The notes under the pieces: generated by a model
The model's input: only the letters and a program-made list of their open reading frames with translations
What the model was told of the DNA's origin: nothing
Database searches by the model: none
Part shown: one piece after another, positions 28,381 to 38,324 of the stretch
Numbering within the stretch: position 1 is the stretch's first letter
How the letters are laid out: each line of letters begins with the position of its first letter
Source: Spirochaetota bacterium
GTDB lineage: Bacteria; Spirochaetota; UBA4802; UBA5550
NCBI GenBank assembly: GCA_963663865.1
Contig: OY760686.1
Span: forward strand, 224,001-288,000
Length of the DNA: 64,000 nt
Direction: 5' to 3'
Program-made: the position numbers and the translations under genes

Positions 28381-29373
28381 TCACTCTTCTTCAGTGCTTT
28401 CGCCGACGGATGCCTCTCCTTCGGTCCACACAGCGCCGCCGTCTGAGGAAACAAGAAGCCTGCCGGAATAGTCCGCGAGGACGAGCACAGAGCCGTCAGA
28501 GGAACAGGCAATGTCATACCATGCCGAGGTTCCTGCAGCAGTCAATTCGGCCCATGTTGCACCTCCGTCAGCGGAGGTTAAGACAGCTCCATCATAAACA
28601 GCAGCGGCCAGAAAAGAGCCGTCAGCAGATCCCGCTATCGAAGACCAGTACCGCAATTCGGAGGCCGTCTGAATAGTCCATGCCGAGCCTCCGTCGGTTG
28701 AGGTATGAATATACACTCCCCATGGAGCGGAGGCAATGAGCGAACCGTTTGATGATACGTAAATGCTCTTCCAGTTATTTACAAGCTCTCCAGCGGCACC
28801 CGACCTCTCCGTCCAGGTTACACCGGCGTCTGTAGAAGTATATATGTAGCCTGCGGTCACGGCCGCTGCCATAAGCGACCCGTCAGCTGATACCGCGACA
28901 TCGCGCCAGAGCCTTTCCCCCGAGGCAGTCTGCTCTGTCCAGGTACTGCCTCCGTCAGCAGAGGTGTAGATAAAGCCGTTCCGTGCCGCAGCAGCCATAA
29001 TGCCTGCATCGGAGCTCATCGAAACAGCATACCATTGCTTTTCACCCGAGTCGTCCTGCTCCCTCCAGCTGGAGCCTCCGTCGGTGGACGTGTAAATGTA
29101 TCCTCCATTTACAGCTGCCGCCATAATACTTCCGTCAGAGGACACTGCTATGGACGACCAGTATCTCTGTCCCGCAGATTCGCGCTCCTGCCAGGTTGCC
29201 CCTCCGTCATCCGAGATGTATATTGAATTCTTCATGGCAGCGGCGGCAAGAACGGTTCCATCAGCTGAAGAGGCTACAGCTTCCCACATTCTTTCCCCTG
29301 ATTCTGAATCATCGCTACTGCATGAGTAGATCAGAAACACTGCCAGCATTATCGTATAAATTGAATATCTCAT
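28381..29373 (-). CDS. BNR/Asp-box beta-propeller lipoprotein
   Basis: Lipobox LIYSC; about seven repeats of W..IA.S.DG...AA......Y.S.DGG.TW. Confidence 0.85.
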   Translation of the reverse strand: MRYSIYTIMLAVFLIYSCSSDDSESGERMWEAVASSADGTVLAAAAMKNSIYISDDGGATWQERESAGQRYWSSIAVSSDGSIMAAAVNGGYIYTSTDGGSSWREQDDSGEKQWYAVSMSSDAGIMAAAARNGFIYTSADGGSTWTEQTASGERLWRDVAVSADGSLMAAAVTAGYIYTSTDAGVTWTERSGAAGELVNNWKSIYVSSNGSLIASAPWGVYIHTSTDGGSAWTIQTASELRYWSSIAGSADGSFLAAAVYDGAVLTSADGGATWAELTAAGTSAWYDIACSSDGSVLVLADYSGRLLVSSDGGAVWTEGEASVGESTEEE

Positions 29374-29556
29374 AGTTGGTACCCGGCACTCGTGGTAACA
29401 GATTTAATGTTCTTTGGCAAGCCCATTTTAAATACCGGCAAGAAATGATAAACTATTTCTGACTAACTCCGCTGTTTTCTAATCAGCTGTTCAGCTGTTG
29501 CCGGTCTGACACAGAACACCTGCAACATGCCTTGTTCTGCCAATGCATGTCAGCAA

Positions 29557-29955
29557 TCAGGATGCTTTCCCCAATTTCTCAGTAATATAGCTATTAACCA
29601 TCTCAGTAGTCTCAACAAAGAACGGAATTTCTTCCTTGCCGGGAATTGTCCTGCTGTATTGTTCCATTGTACATATTTCCTGAAATCCATTCATGTACAG
29701 CAGCCTTTTCTCAAGTTCAGGGTCCAGCTCTTCTTTTACCTTAATGGACTCAACGAGGTCAACGAGGGTATGGTTGTACGGCATAAAGTTAATTTTAATA
29801 AATAAAGCCATGAAAAACTTCTCAATACTCATTGCACACAGGTTATATATAATCTCAGGGCTGAACTTCTCTGAATTCATACTTCCTTTTGCGGTTCTCA
29901 GAAAATCCGTCCCTTCTTTATAAAAATCCTGCCAGGTGCTTTCTACGTATGCCAT
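29557..29955 (-). CDS. Stand-alone HEPN-domain protein
   Basis: YNLCAMSIEKFFMAL...PYNHTLVDL pattern of HEPN helices; GGAGG RBS. Confidence 0.65.
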   Translation of the reverse strand: MAYVESTWQDFYKEGTDFLRTAKGSMNSEKFSPEIIYNLCAMSIEKFFMALFIKINFMPYNHTLVDLVESIKVKEELDPELEKRLLYMNGFQEICTMEQYSRTIPGKEEIPFFVETTEMVNSYITEKLGKAS

Positions 29956-30089
29956 TATCGGCCTCCGGTTATATTACATAGATTAGGGGAGCAGGAGAAA
30001 TCGTCATTGGCGAGCATTTTATATTCTGAATCGCGAATTTAACATTCAGGAAATATTACGTTAATCCGTCCTGCCTCATGAGGCCTGCT

Positions 30090-30689
30090 TTAACGATGGT
30101 CAGCCCCATTGTCCGGAAGGCTTTCTATTTGCAGGAGATGTTTCTTCAGCGTTGGATCAGGCGAATAATGCCCAGTACTTCCGTCAGCCTTTATTACGCG
30201 GTGGCATGGTACAATTACAGGGAAGCGGTTTCGGGCCATGCAGCTCCCGACAAAACGGGCCGCGCCCTTTAGCCCTGCCCTTTCAGCGAGCCCGCCGTAT
30301 GAAATGGTGGTACCGTACCGGACCTCCATGAGCGAACTGTAAACAGCAAGAGCCGCCGGAGAGAAGCCGGCCATATCCAGCCTCAATTCCATAATACCGT
30401 CTGACTTCGACATATTCCCGAACGAAGCAATGCGCTCATGATTTTTGAAAAACAAAACTCTGAATTCCTTAAGAGGGTCATTCCCCTGGAAAAAAGAGGT
30501 AAGAAAACGGGATACGGCCTCATCATTCGACTGGGCAGAGACAGACAAACTGGAGCCATCGCCCTGAAAAGAGATTCCTTTTATCAGTTGATCACCTAAC
30601 CGAATTGAATACACGCCAAACGGCGTTACACAGTGATGATCAGCAGATGCATTTACTGCCTGATCTTTCTTTTCGTATTCGTAAATCAT
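30090..30689 (-). CDS. ogt: Methylated-DNA--protein-cysteine methyltransferase
   Basis: YG.TISYG.LA, AARFVG, N.FPVIVPCHRV active site. Confidence 0.85.
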   Translation of the reverse strand: MIYEYEKKDQAVNASADHHCVTPFGVYSIRLGDQLIKGISFQGDGSSLSVSAQSNDEAVSRFLTSFFQGNDPLKEFRVLFFKNHERIASFGNMSKSDGIMELRLDMAGFSPAALAVYSSLMEVRYGTTISYGGLAERAGLKGAARFVGSCMARNRFPVIVPCHRVIKADGSTGHYSPDPTLKKHLLQIESLPDNGADHR

Positions 30690-30722
30690 CCGAGAAAACC
30701 TCGTTTGCTTTTTACGCTTTTG

Positions 30723-30759
30723 TCAGCCTGCTGCTGACACATCGGCTGCATCAGGGGAG
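30723..30759 (+). repeat. 37-bp direct repeat, copy 1
   Basis: TCAGCCTGCTGCTGACACATCGGCTGCATCAGGGGAG, identical to 31529-31565. Confidence 0.9.
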
Positions 30760-30772
30760 GATGTTCCCGTAC

Positions 30773-30800
30773 AAAACAGCTTCCCTTTTCAGGGAAGCTG
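30773..30800 (-). terminator. Probable intrinsic terminator downstream of yoeB
   Basis: Minus strand CAGCTTCCCT-gaaa-AGGGAAGCTG followed by TTTT. Confidence 0.6.
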
Positions 30801-30981
30801 CCTGAGGGCGAAGAACTCAGGCTGAGAGGTACATCTATCCCAGCTTGAAGTGAACCGGTTAAAAACAAGCTTGAGAAATTTCACTGTTAAGTTCGGCTCC
30901 GCACTTCGTTTATTGCTCAACGCATCACTCAATGATCACCTCATACGATAAAGCCTTTCTCTTTTATATTAACCAGTCTAA

Positions 30982-31239
30982 TCAATAATGATACTTGCAA
31001 GATGCAATGAGGATAACGTCTTTCTCAACTTTATATACAAGGCGGTGTTGAGAAGTAATTCGTCGAGACCAGTATGAAAAAAGCTCATGCTTTAAGGGTT
31101 CCGGCTTCCCAATACCACGGAAAGGCTCCCTGTCGATCGCTTTAATAATCTCATTTATTTTTGAAAATATCTTTTTATCAGATATTGCCCAATCCTGGTA
31201 ATCTTTAAAAGCGTCAGCATGAAAAGAAATTCTTCTCAT
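30982..31239 (-). CDS. yoeB: Txe/YoeB family addiction-module toxin
   Basis: DY..W, GIGKPEPLKH, WSRRI...HRLVY, terminal YHY. Confidence 0.92.
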   Translation of the reverse strand: MRRISFHADAFKDYQDWAISDKKIFSKINEIIKAIDREPFRGIGKPEPLKHELFSYWSRRITSQHRLVYKVEKDVILIASCKYHY

Positions 31240-31457
31240 CAAGCAATAGAGACCTCAACCCGATTTTTCCCTTCTTCAAGCTCTTTAACCGCCTTAAGGA
31301 GATGATCTCGATTTTGCTGATCTTTGAGCAGGTATTCAGTCTCATCTTCTACAGCAATTACTGTTAACTCAATATCCTTATCATGATACATGTTCTGTAT
31401 TGACTTTATCAAATCAGCATTGAGCTCTTTTGAGTTTAAACGATATATTGTCTGCAT
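31239..31457 (-). CDS. Antitoxin of the YoeB module (YefM-like C-terminus)
   Basis: ETEYLL....NRDHLLKAVKELEEG; TGATG overlap with the toxin; GAGG RBS. Confidence 0.75.
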   Translation of the reverse strand: MQTIYRLNSKELNADLIKSIQNMYHDKDIELTVIAVEDETEYLLKDQQNRDHLLKAVKELEEGKNRVEVSIA

Positions 31458-31528
31458 AACAGCACCTCTTAAATAAGGATATAGAAAAAATAGTATGATT
31501 GTCAAGATTTAAAAAATGTCCCTCTCCC

Positions 31529-31565
31529 TCAGCCTGCTGCTGACACATCGGCTGCATCAGGGGAG
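31529..31565 (+). repeat. 37-bp direct repeat, copy 2
   Basis: Identical to 30723-30759; weaker similarity continues ~40 bp rightward. Confidence 0.9.
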
Positions 31566-31635
31566 TTTCTTCTCGTGCTGAAAAGCTTCCATATCAAGGA
31601 GAGCTGTTCAGCGCAGAGTGAATGAGAGCTACATC

Positions 31636-32574
31636 CTACAAACCGCGGCTTTGCAGAAAGCTCCTTGCCTGAATCTCATCCGCGGCAAGCACCTCTTTCA
31701 GCTCGGAAGGCCCGCTGAATCTGCGCACCGGCCGTATCCAGCCGCAAAACTCCACCTTCAAAACCGTACCGTATATGTCTCTGTTGAAATCGAAGATATT
31801 CACCTCAAGCGTGCGCCCTGGACAGCCGAAAGTAGGGTTGCTGCCGATGCTCATCATCCCCCCGAAGATTTCTCCGCTTTCAAGCACAACCCTTACGGCG
31901 TACACGCCTTCGGGCGGAACCACCTTGTCCCGGTCGACCGGATCAACATTGGCAGTTGGATAGCCGAGAGTCCTTCCCCGTCCCGCGCCCCTGACTACTC
32001 GCCCTTTCAGACTGTAGGGCCTGCCGAGAAGGTGAAGGGCCTCCGAAACATTTCCGGAAAGAATCTCGGCGCGGATCCAGGTCGATGAGACAGTCCTTTC
32101 TCCTTCAAGTTCAGCGGGCACCCTGACAACCCCGATCCCGGTGGATGGGCTCAGCTTTTCCAAAAACTCCGCGTTGCCCCTTCGGTCATGGCCAAAGGCG
32201 TGGTCGTACCCGATTACTATTGACGAGGCTCCGAGCTTGCCTTCAACAAAAGCGTAGTAGAATTCCCCGGCGTCGAGCATCACCGTATCATCTGTAAAGG
32301 CCAAGACCACGACCGAGCTCACTCCCATTTCGAGAAAGAGCTCCGTCTTTTCGTCAGCTGTCGTTAGTATCTTAAGTTCTCTCTCGGGGTGCAGGACCTT
32401 CTGCGGGTGCCTGTCGAGGGTTATAATGACAGAATCCCTGTTGTCGCGCCGGGCTGTTTCAAGCAGAGCACTTATTATCTTCTGGTGCCCGTGATGGACT
32501 CCGTCAAAATTGCCTACCGTAACAACCGGCGATACCGGATTCTGTTTTCCGAAAATATGGTATTCTGGAAGCAT
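31636..32574 (-). CDS. ribF: Bifunctional riboflavin kinase/FAD synthetase
   Basis: GNFDGVHHGH, VSSTWIR, GR.LGYPTAN, GVYAV, G.NPTF, LEVNIFDF. Confidence 0.95.
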   Translation of the reverse strand: MLPEYHIFGKQNPVSPVVTVGNFDGVHHGHQKIISALLETARRDNRDSVIITLDRHPQKVLHPERELKILTTADEKTELFLEMGVSSVVVLAFTDDTVMLDAGEFYYAFVEGKLGASSIVIGYDHAFGHDRRGNAEFLEKLSPSTGIGVVRVPAELEGERTVSSTWIRAEILSGNVSEALHLLGRPYSLKGRVVRGAGRGRTLGYPTANVDPVDRDKVVPPEGVYAVRVVLESGEIFGGMMSIGSNPTFGCPGRTLEVNIFDFNRDIYGTVLKVEFCGWIRPVRRFSGPSELKEVLAADEIQARSFLQSRGL

Positions 32575-32601
32575 TTTATTCCGCGGTCTGGGCCGCTCCT
32601 T

Positions 32602-34194
32602 TTATCTTTTTAAGGCTTCGTTCATGCGGATACAATCCAGCACGACAAGCGCCGCCATCGATTCAATGACCGGTATTATCCTCGGGACAATGCAGGGGTC
32701 ATGCCTCCCTTCGACGATAATTTCCGTATTGTCACCTGAAGCCGTCTGAGTCTTTTGTTCCTTGAGGATTGACGGGGTCGGCTTCACCGCTATCCGCATA
32801 AGAATATCCGCGCCGCTGCTCATCCCGCCGAGGACTCCGCCCGCGTGGTTTGACAGAAAAACACCGTCTGCCATTTCGTCGTTATTTTCACTTCCCCTGA
32901 CACGGGCAGCCTCAAATCCGTCTCCGAACTCAACACCCTTTACCGCGCCGATGGAGACCATTGCCGCCGCCAGCCTTGCGTCGAGCTTTCCGAAAACAGG
33001 ATCGCCTAATCCGGCAGGAGCATTCTTAATAATAAGCCTGACGATCCCTCCAACGGAGTCGTGCTCCATTTTGGCCCTGACAATGGCCTCTTCCATAAGC
33101 GCGGACGCCTTTTGGTCCGCTGCGCGGACGCTGTTCGTCTCAATAATATTGAGATCAACCGTCTCACACTTGATACCGGCAATCTCCTCGGCGTAAGCTG
33201 TTATCATGATCCCGGCATCTTCGAGGATTTTCCTGGCAATTGCACCGGCCATCACCCTTCCGGCAGTCTCACGTCCTGATGAACGCCCGCCCCCCCTGTG
33301 GTCACGAAGCCCGTACTTCTTCCAGAACGTGAGGTCGGCATGTCCCGGCCTGAAAACATCACGCAAATAATCGTACCTCGCCGAGTCCTGGTCTTCGTTA
33401 TATATCAGCATGCATATCGGGGTTCCGGTTGCCTTTCCTTCAAAAACACCCGAAAGAATACGCACTGCGTCCTTCTCGTTGCGTGCCGTCGCTACCTTGC
33501 TCTGCCCCGGACGCCGCCTGTCGAGCTGCCTCTGAATATCCGCCTCATCAACAGGGGTCCCGGGCTTTATCCCGTCGAGAACAGCCCCGACGGCCTTTCC
33601 ATGACTTTCTCCAAAGGTTGTCACTCTGATGATGTTTCCGAATGTGTTGGGGGATGATGATCCAAGCTGGAGATGCGCTTCAACAAGTCCGGCAAGCGTA
33701 TTATGCAGCGATGCTTCATGGTCGCTTTCGACGGTGAGCACTATGTCAGCAAGGTGCTCAACCGCTTCATAAAGCCGCACATTCCTCAGCGCATGTACAG
33801 ACCGGCCGTCCTCTCCCGCTAAAAACGGCGGAAGGCCGCCCTGCTTTATTCTGCCCCATAACAGATCGTCCTCTGCTTTAAACAGCACCAGCAGCGAATT
33901 CTCTCTAAGAGCGGCGCGCGACCCTGGATTGAGCATTGTCGACCCGCCGGTGGAGATAACGCACCAGTCCTTATCCGAAATAGACGCGATTGCTTCCTTT
34001 TCGAGAGTGCGGAAAAAGGCCTCACCCTCGACGGTGTATATTTCACGGCAGCTGAGCTTTTGCCCCTTCCTGCCGGCATATATCTCTTCAATTACTTCAT
34101 CTGTTTCAATAAATGGTATATCGGTCAGACGGGCAAATCTGGCGCCCACAGTGCTCTTGCCCGATCCCTTCGGCCCCGTTATTACTATCCTCAT
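32602..34194 (-). CDS. aroC: Shikimate kinase - chorismate synthase fusion
   Basis: N-terminal ~180 aa: [21 protein letters not shown] (AroK); then [49 protein letters not shown] (AroC). Confidence 0.92.
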   Translation of the reverse strand: MRIVITGPKGSGKSTVGARFARLTDIPFIETDEVIEEIYAGRKGQKLSCREIYTVEGEAFFRTLEKEAIASISDKDWCVISTGGSTMLNPGSRAALRENSLLVLFKAEDDLLWGRIKQGGLPPFLAGEDGRSVHALRNVRLYEAVEHLADIVLTVESDHEASLHNTLAGLVEAHLQLGSSSPNTFGNIIRVTTFGESHGKAVGAVLDGIKPGTPVDEADIQRQLDRRRPGQSKVATARNEKDAVRILSGVFEGKATGTPICMLIYNEDQDSARYDYLRDVFRPGHADLTFWKKYGLRDHRGGGRSSGRETAGRVMAGAIARKILEDAGIMITAYAEEIAGIKCETVDLNIIETNSVRAADQKASALMEEAIVRAKMEHDSVGGIVRLIIKNAPAGLGDPVFGKLDARLAAAMVSIGAVKGVEFGDGFEAARVRGSENNDEMADGVFLSNHAGGVLGGMSSGADILMRIAVKPTPSILKEQKTQTASGDNTEIIVEGRHDPCIVPRIIPVIESMAALVVLDCIRMNEALKR

Positions 34195-34330
34195 TTCCTC
34201 TCCGGAATGTGAAGTTGTGCGGAGAACGCTGGAGAAACGCCCCCTTATTTATTAAAACTAAAAGGGTTAAAAGCCGGAATACGTCAAGGTTAAAATCCTG
34301 GCGGGCACAGAGGCAAGCTTACGAAACCAA

Positions 34331-35569
34331 TCACTCGCCCTCAAATTCAATCAGTGTATCAACGTGAAAACCTTCTTCAAGAAGCCTGCTTTTACCGCCA
34401 AGATCGGGAAGATCGACAATGAAAGAACAAGAAACAACCTCGCCGCCGAGGCGCCTGACAAGCTTGCTGGCCGCAACAGCCGTTCCGCCGGTCGCGATAA
34501 GATCATCCACAATGAGCACTCTCTGCCCCGGCGTTATAGCGTCCTCGTGGACCTCAAGCGTCTCAGTTCCATACTCAAGGGTGTAGGACTCAGATATGGT
34601 CTTTGAGGGAAGTTTCCCCGGCTTGCGGATAAGCACAAATCCGGCGCCGAGCTTTTCGGCCAGAAGAGAGCCTGTTATAAATCCGCGCGACTCAATTCCT
34701 GCCACAATATCAATATTGCTTCCCGAGTAGCGTGAAAAAAGAAGCTGAACGGCGTATTTCAGAGCCAGCTTGTCTCTGAACAGTGTCGACACATCGCGAA
34801 ACATTATCCCCTGCTTTGGGAAGTCAGGTATTGTCCTGATGCTGTCCTTTATGTAAGCGAGGCGGTTCCGTGATTCAACCGGCAAAAGAATCAGCATTCC
34901 TGAAACCAGGCGGAAGGAATTAATTGAAGCGGCATGAAGGACCTCGCTGAAGCTTACAGCGGCTTCCTCGTCAGCCCTGTCCGAAATAGTCCTGATGATA
35001 AGGTGAGGCACCGAATTCATCTCACAGACCTGTGCGACTGCAGCGCCCTCCATCTCAACACAGTCGCCGCCCAGAGCTTCATGCAGGTCTTTGACTCTGG
35101 CAGAATCTGAAATAAACTGATCTCCCGAAAGCACGCGTCCCACATAAAAAGGAAGCCCTGCCGATCTGGCGGCCTCCTGAGCGACTTCCCCCAGCATAAT
35201 ATCCGATTCAAATATGTGCAGGTCTGAAAAAGGAATTTGCCCCCTTGAGAATCCAAGCTGTGAGGCGTCAATATCGTGCTGCATGCTGTCCCTGGAAATG
35301 ACAATGTCGAGGACTTTCAACGCAGGGTTCACTCCGCCGGCTACCCCCGTATAGATTATCCTTGTAACATCATAGAGGTTTACCAGCATCTGCGCGCATA
35401 TCGCCGCGTTGACCTTGCCGACACCTGACCTCACAAGCACAACCTCATGTCCGTGCAGAAATCCCCTGTGAAACGTGGTCCTTGAAAACACTCTTGATGA
35501 CTTCTCCTCAAGAACCTCAAGATAGGCTTCCAGCTCCTCATCCATCGCGCTTATGATACCTATTAACAC
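34331..35569 (-). CDS. 5'-methylthioadenosine/SAH nucleosidase - adenine phosphoribosyltransferase fusion (MtnN-Apt)
   Basis: N-half IGIISAMDEE, SGVGKVNAA, TGVAGG, SGDQFI, VEMEGAAVA, IRTISDRAD (MtnN); C-half IPDFPKQGIMFRD, GIESRGF, RKPGKLP, LEYG, VDDLIATGGT (Apt). Confidence 0.92.
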   Translation of the reverse strand: MLIGIISAMDEELEAYLEVLEEKSSRVFSRTTFHRGFLHGHEVVLVRSGVGKVNAAICAQMLVNLYDVTRIIYTGVAGGVNPALKVLDIVISRDSMQHDIDASQLGFSRGQIPFSDLHIFESDIMLGEVAQEAARSAGLPFYVGRVLSGDQFISDSARVKDLHEALGGDCVEMEGAAVAQVCEMNSVPHLIIRTISDRADEEAAVSFSEVLHAASINSFRLVSGMLILLPVESRNRLAYIKDSIRTIPDFPKQGIMFRDVSTLFRDKLALKYAVQLLFSRYSGSNIDIVAGIESRGFITGSLLAEKLGAGFVLIRKPGKLPSKTISESYTLEYGTETLEVHEDAITPGQRVLIVDDLIATGGTAVAASKLVRRLGGEVVSCSFIVDLPDLGGKSRLLEEGFHVDTLIEFEGE

Positions 35570-35746
35570 CTTACAGACCGCCTGTAGTTTTATTTATGCA
35601 CGTCTTCCAGCGCGCCAGAATATCATTTACCTTGACAGAAGGCAGTGTCTACTTCTTTTTAGATAAATGCTGATTTACAGTTTCCTTGCCGTAGCGGCAA
35701 ACCCCCGGCATAATGGTCAGCCTCATCCTTGAAGTGGAGAAGAAAC

Positions 35747-36379
35747 ATGAAAAACATCGACATGGAGAACTGGCCGAGGCGAGACCACTTCGACTTTTTC
35801 ATGAGAGCCGAATATCCTCAATACAATGTATGCTTCAATCTTGACATCACCGAATTTCACGGAAAGATTAGAAAGGCCGGACTCCCTTTTTACCATACGG
35901 TAATCTATTTCACCACGGCCGCCGCAAACTCAATTCCAGAGTTCAGGTATCGCATTCGCGGAGAAAGCGTTGTTGAACACGACATCCTTCACCCCTCATT
36001 TACGCACATGCGCCCGGGCGAAGATATTTTCAGGATGATAACCGTTGACATGACCGGCACTCTTGATGAATTTCTCAAAGCAGCCTCTGAAAAATCATCA
36101 AAGCAGAATATCTTCATTGAGGCAGATAAGCTCGCCGGCAGAGATGACTTTCTGTACATAACATCACTGCCCTGGGTGTCCTTCACCAGCATATCCCACA
36201 CAATACGCCTGAACCGGGACGACGCTGTGCCGCGCCTGTCTTGGGGAAAGTTCTTTGAGCAGGGAGGCCGAATTCTGCTTCCCTACTCCGTCCACGTACA
36301 TCACGGTTTTGTCGACGGGTACCACATAGGGCTTTTTGAAAATCGGCTGGCGGAACTTCTTAACAAAGCAGAAATTTAA
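35747..36379 (+). CDS. CatA-like O-acetyltransferase (chloramphenicol acetyltransferase family)
   Basis: W.R..HF.FF, IPEFRYR, SLPWVSFTS, WGK, VHHGFVDGYH catalytic motif. Confidence 0.85.
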   Translation: MKNIDMENWPRRDHFDFFMRAEYPQYNVCFNLDITEFHGKIRKAGLPFYHTVIYFTTAAANSIPEFRYRIRGESVVEHDILHPSFTHMRPGEDIFRMITVDMTGTLDEFLKAASEKSSKQNIFIEADKLAGRDDFLYITSLPWVSFTSISHTIRLNRDDAVPRLSWGKFFEQGGRILLPYSVHVHHGFVDGYHIGLFENRLAELLNKAEI

Positions 36380-36380
36380 G

Positions 36381-36526
36381 ACCAAAGGATCAGAAACTAT
36401 TGCCAAACTGTGGTCAATAGTTGAAAACTCTGAAAAAGAAGTTACATCGGTTCTGAATGAAAACGAACAGGAAATTTTTTCAACATGCCGCTGAAAATCA
36501 AAAACAAATGTGCCGAGCTGATTTGA
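36381..36526 (+). pseudogene. Remnant resembling the C-terminal half of a MarR regulator
   Basis: TKGSETIAKLWSIVENSEKEVTSVLNENEQEIF then frameshift to FNMPLKIKNKCAELI*; no start codon. Confidence 0.4.
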
Positions 36527-36758
36527 TCGGAAGCCTATGACTGATTCGCATGCTTATCTTCTGTGAATTGTCTTCCTACCTTTTCAACAAATGACATATA
36601 TCGACTTCTGTAATTTTTTTGTTGAATAATCATCCACAATATGGCAAAAAATATAGACACACACAGGGCATTTAACACTACTTGACTGTCAGGCTCTTTC
36701 CCGGTTTTCAACTGAGATTAGCCAGTTGATTATTAATGATTTTTACAAACGGTACAAA

Positions 36759-38234
36759 ATGGATATTACAATAAAGCGGACTAATAAAATAGTCCTTACC
36801 ACTAACTGGATACTCGACACCTTTCTGCTGCTCGGATACATATCAGAGTACATCAAAGGCGGACGCCCGCTTGAATATGTCCTGACCTTCCTTCTGCTTC
36901 TGCTTGTCCCGATGGTATCAGCTCAGGTTATTTACAAAAATAAAAACGACAGCGCGGCAATCAAGTACATCACCATTGTGGGATTCTTCATCCTCTATTC
37001 GTTCGCTCTGTTTACAACTACCAGGGTGCTTGTTTTCGTCTATATCATTCCTATAATACTTAACTATCTTTTGTATTTCAACCTCCGCTTCATAACAGTA
37101 TCCGTTATAACCGTCGTAGTTCTAAACCTTCTGCGAGTTCTGCAAATGTATTTTATTCACGGCATCAATGACAGATCAACGACAACGGACTACACCATTC
37201 AGATGGCCTGTGTCATCCTGGTTGCTATCGCTCTTTATGTAACGACTAAACTCTCAAATCTATTTAATGCGGAAAAGATTTCAAAGATACAGGAAGAAAA
37301 GGAAAACAAGGATCGTGTATCCCGCCAGATACAGGAACAGACCGGGGTACTTTTCAACCTCGTCGACCTTCAGAACAACCTCATCCTTACCTTTAATGAG
37401 AAGCTTCAAAACCAGGCCGCAAGCTTTGTTCTGATGAAGGAGTCCCTTGAAACACTTCTCTTTAAAGCCGAAAATATACGAAATATTTCGGGCGACCAGT
37501 TAGGCAGCAACGAGATAATTGAAAGCTCAATATCCGAGTACACCGGCATTCAGCTCAATACCAAGAAAAGCCTTAACAGCACGCTTGACGAGATGGAAGA
37601 GGCACTCGGCAACTCGGCCGCCATGGAGAAAAAGCTGCTTCAGGTGGAAAACACCGTTTCCGACTTCAGGGAGCAAAGCGAAAGAATTCAGCATACCGTA
37701 ACCATTATCGTAGAAATTGCGGACAAGATAAACCTCCTGTCGCTCAACGCAAGCATTGAAGCGGCAAGGGCCGGCGATGCCGGCCGGGGTTTTGCCGTCG
37801 TAGCAGACGAGATAGGCAAGCTCGCGGTTCAAACATCAGAAAGCATCGGGGAGATAAACTCGGTTTTGACAATAAACGCGCGCTCAACCGAAGAAGGCGT
37901 ATCCGTTATAAAGGACACAGCGTCGATGGTTAAGCAATTGCTGGGGTCAATGCACGAAAGCTCAAAGAAGATCGGAGAACTTCAGGAAAGCATACTTAAC
38001 GAAGAAAAGCACATCAGCCGTATAATTGAGGCCATGAAGAAAAACATGGAGTTGGCCGACATGATCGGCGCGGAAACAGACGAGCAGAAGAGCTCCATCA
38101 ACACCTCATCAGAACTGATACAGCAGCTAAGCTCCGCGCTGCAGGACATGGGCGAACAGATGGAAACGCTTTCCTCCACCTCGCAGGAGATTTACAACAC
38201 GGCCAACGAGGTAATCAGCAACACCCAGGGTTAA
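36759..38234 (+). CDS. Methyl-accepting chemotaxis protein with multi-TM sensor
   Basis: About five N-terminal TM helices; [32 protein letters not shown]. Confidence 0.92.
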   Translation: MDITIKRTNKIVLTTNWILDTFLLLGYISEYIKGGRPLEYVLTFLLLLLVPMVSAQVIYKNKNDSAAIKYITIVGFFILYSFALFTTTRVLVFVYIIPIILNYLLYFNLRFITVSVITVVVLNLLRVLQMYFIHGINDRSTTTDYTIQMACVILVAIALYVTTKLSNLFNAEKISKIQEEKENKDRVSRQIQEQTGVLFNLVDLQNNLILTFNEKLQNQAASFVLMKESLETLLFKAENIRNISGDQLGSNEIIESSISEYTGIQLNTKKSLNSTLDEMEEALGNSAAMEKKLLQVENTVSDFREQSERIQHTVTIIVEIADKINLLSLNASIEAARAGDAGRGFAVVADEIGKLAVQTSESIGEINSVLTINARSTEEGVSVIKDTASMVKQLLGSMHESSKKIGELQESILNEEKHISRIIEAMKKNMELADMIGAETDEQKSSINTSSELIQQLSSALQDMGEQMETLSSTSQEIYNTANEVISNTQG

Positions 38235-38255
38235 GCCTTCAGGACAGGGCCTTTT

Positions 38256-38324
38256 TCATTTCATAACAATCTTTCTCTTCATCGTTCCGTAAAGGGCAAC
38301 CGCGTCCTCATGCCTGTAGACTAC
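38256..38324 (-). repeat. Displaced duplicate of the last 69 bp of the dinG-family gene (att-like)
   Basis: 65/69 identical to 43699-43767, including the TGA stop. Confidence 0.9.

Noticed and set aside
30686-30868. 60-aa ORF overlapping the ogt start
   Set aside because: Runs through a terminator hairpin and the 37-bp repeat; likely spurious
30723-31565. 37-bp repeats as a CRISPR repeat pair
   Set aside because: Only two copies, 806 bp apart, with genes between them
31618-33657. Plus-strand ORFs opposite ribF and aroK-aroC
   Set aside because: Antisense shadows of well-supported housekeeping genes
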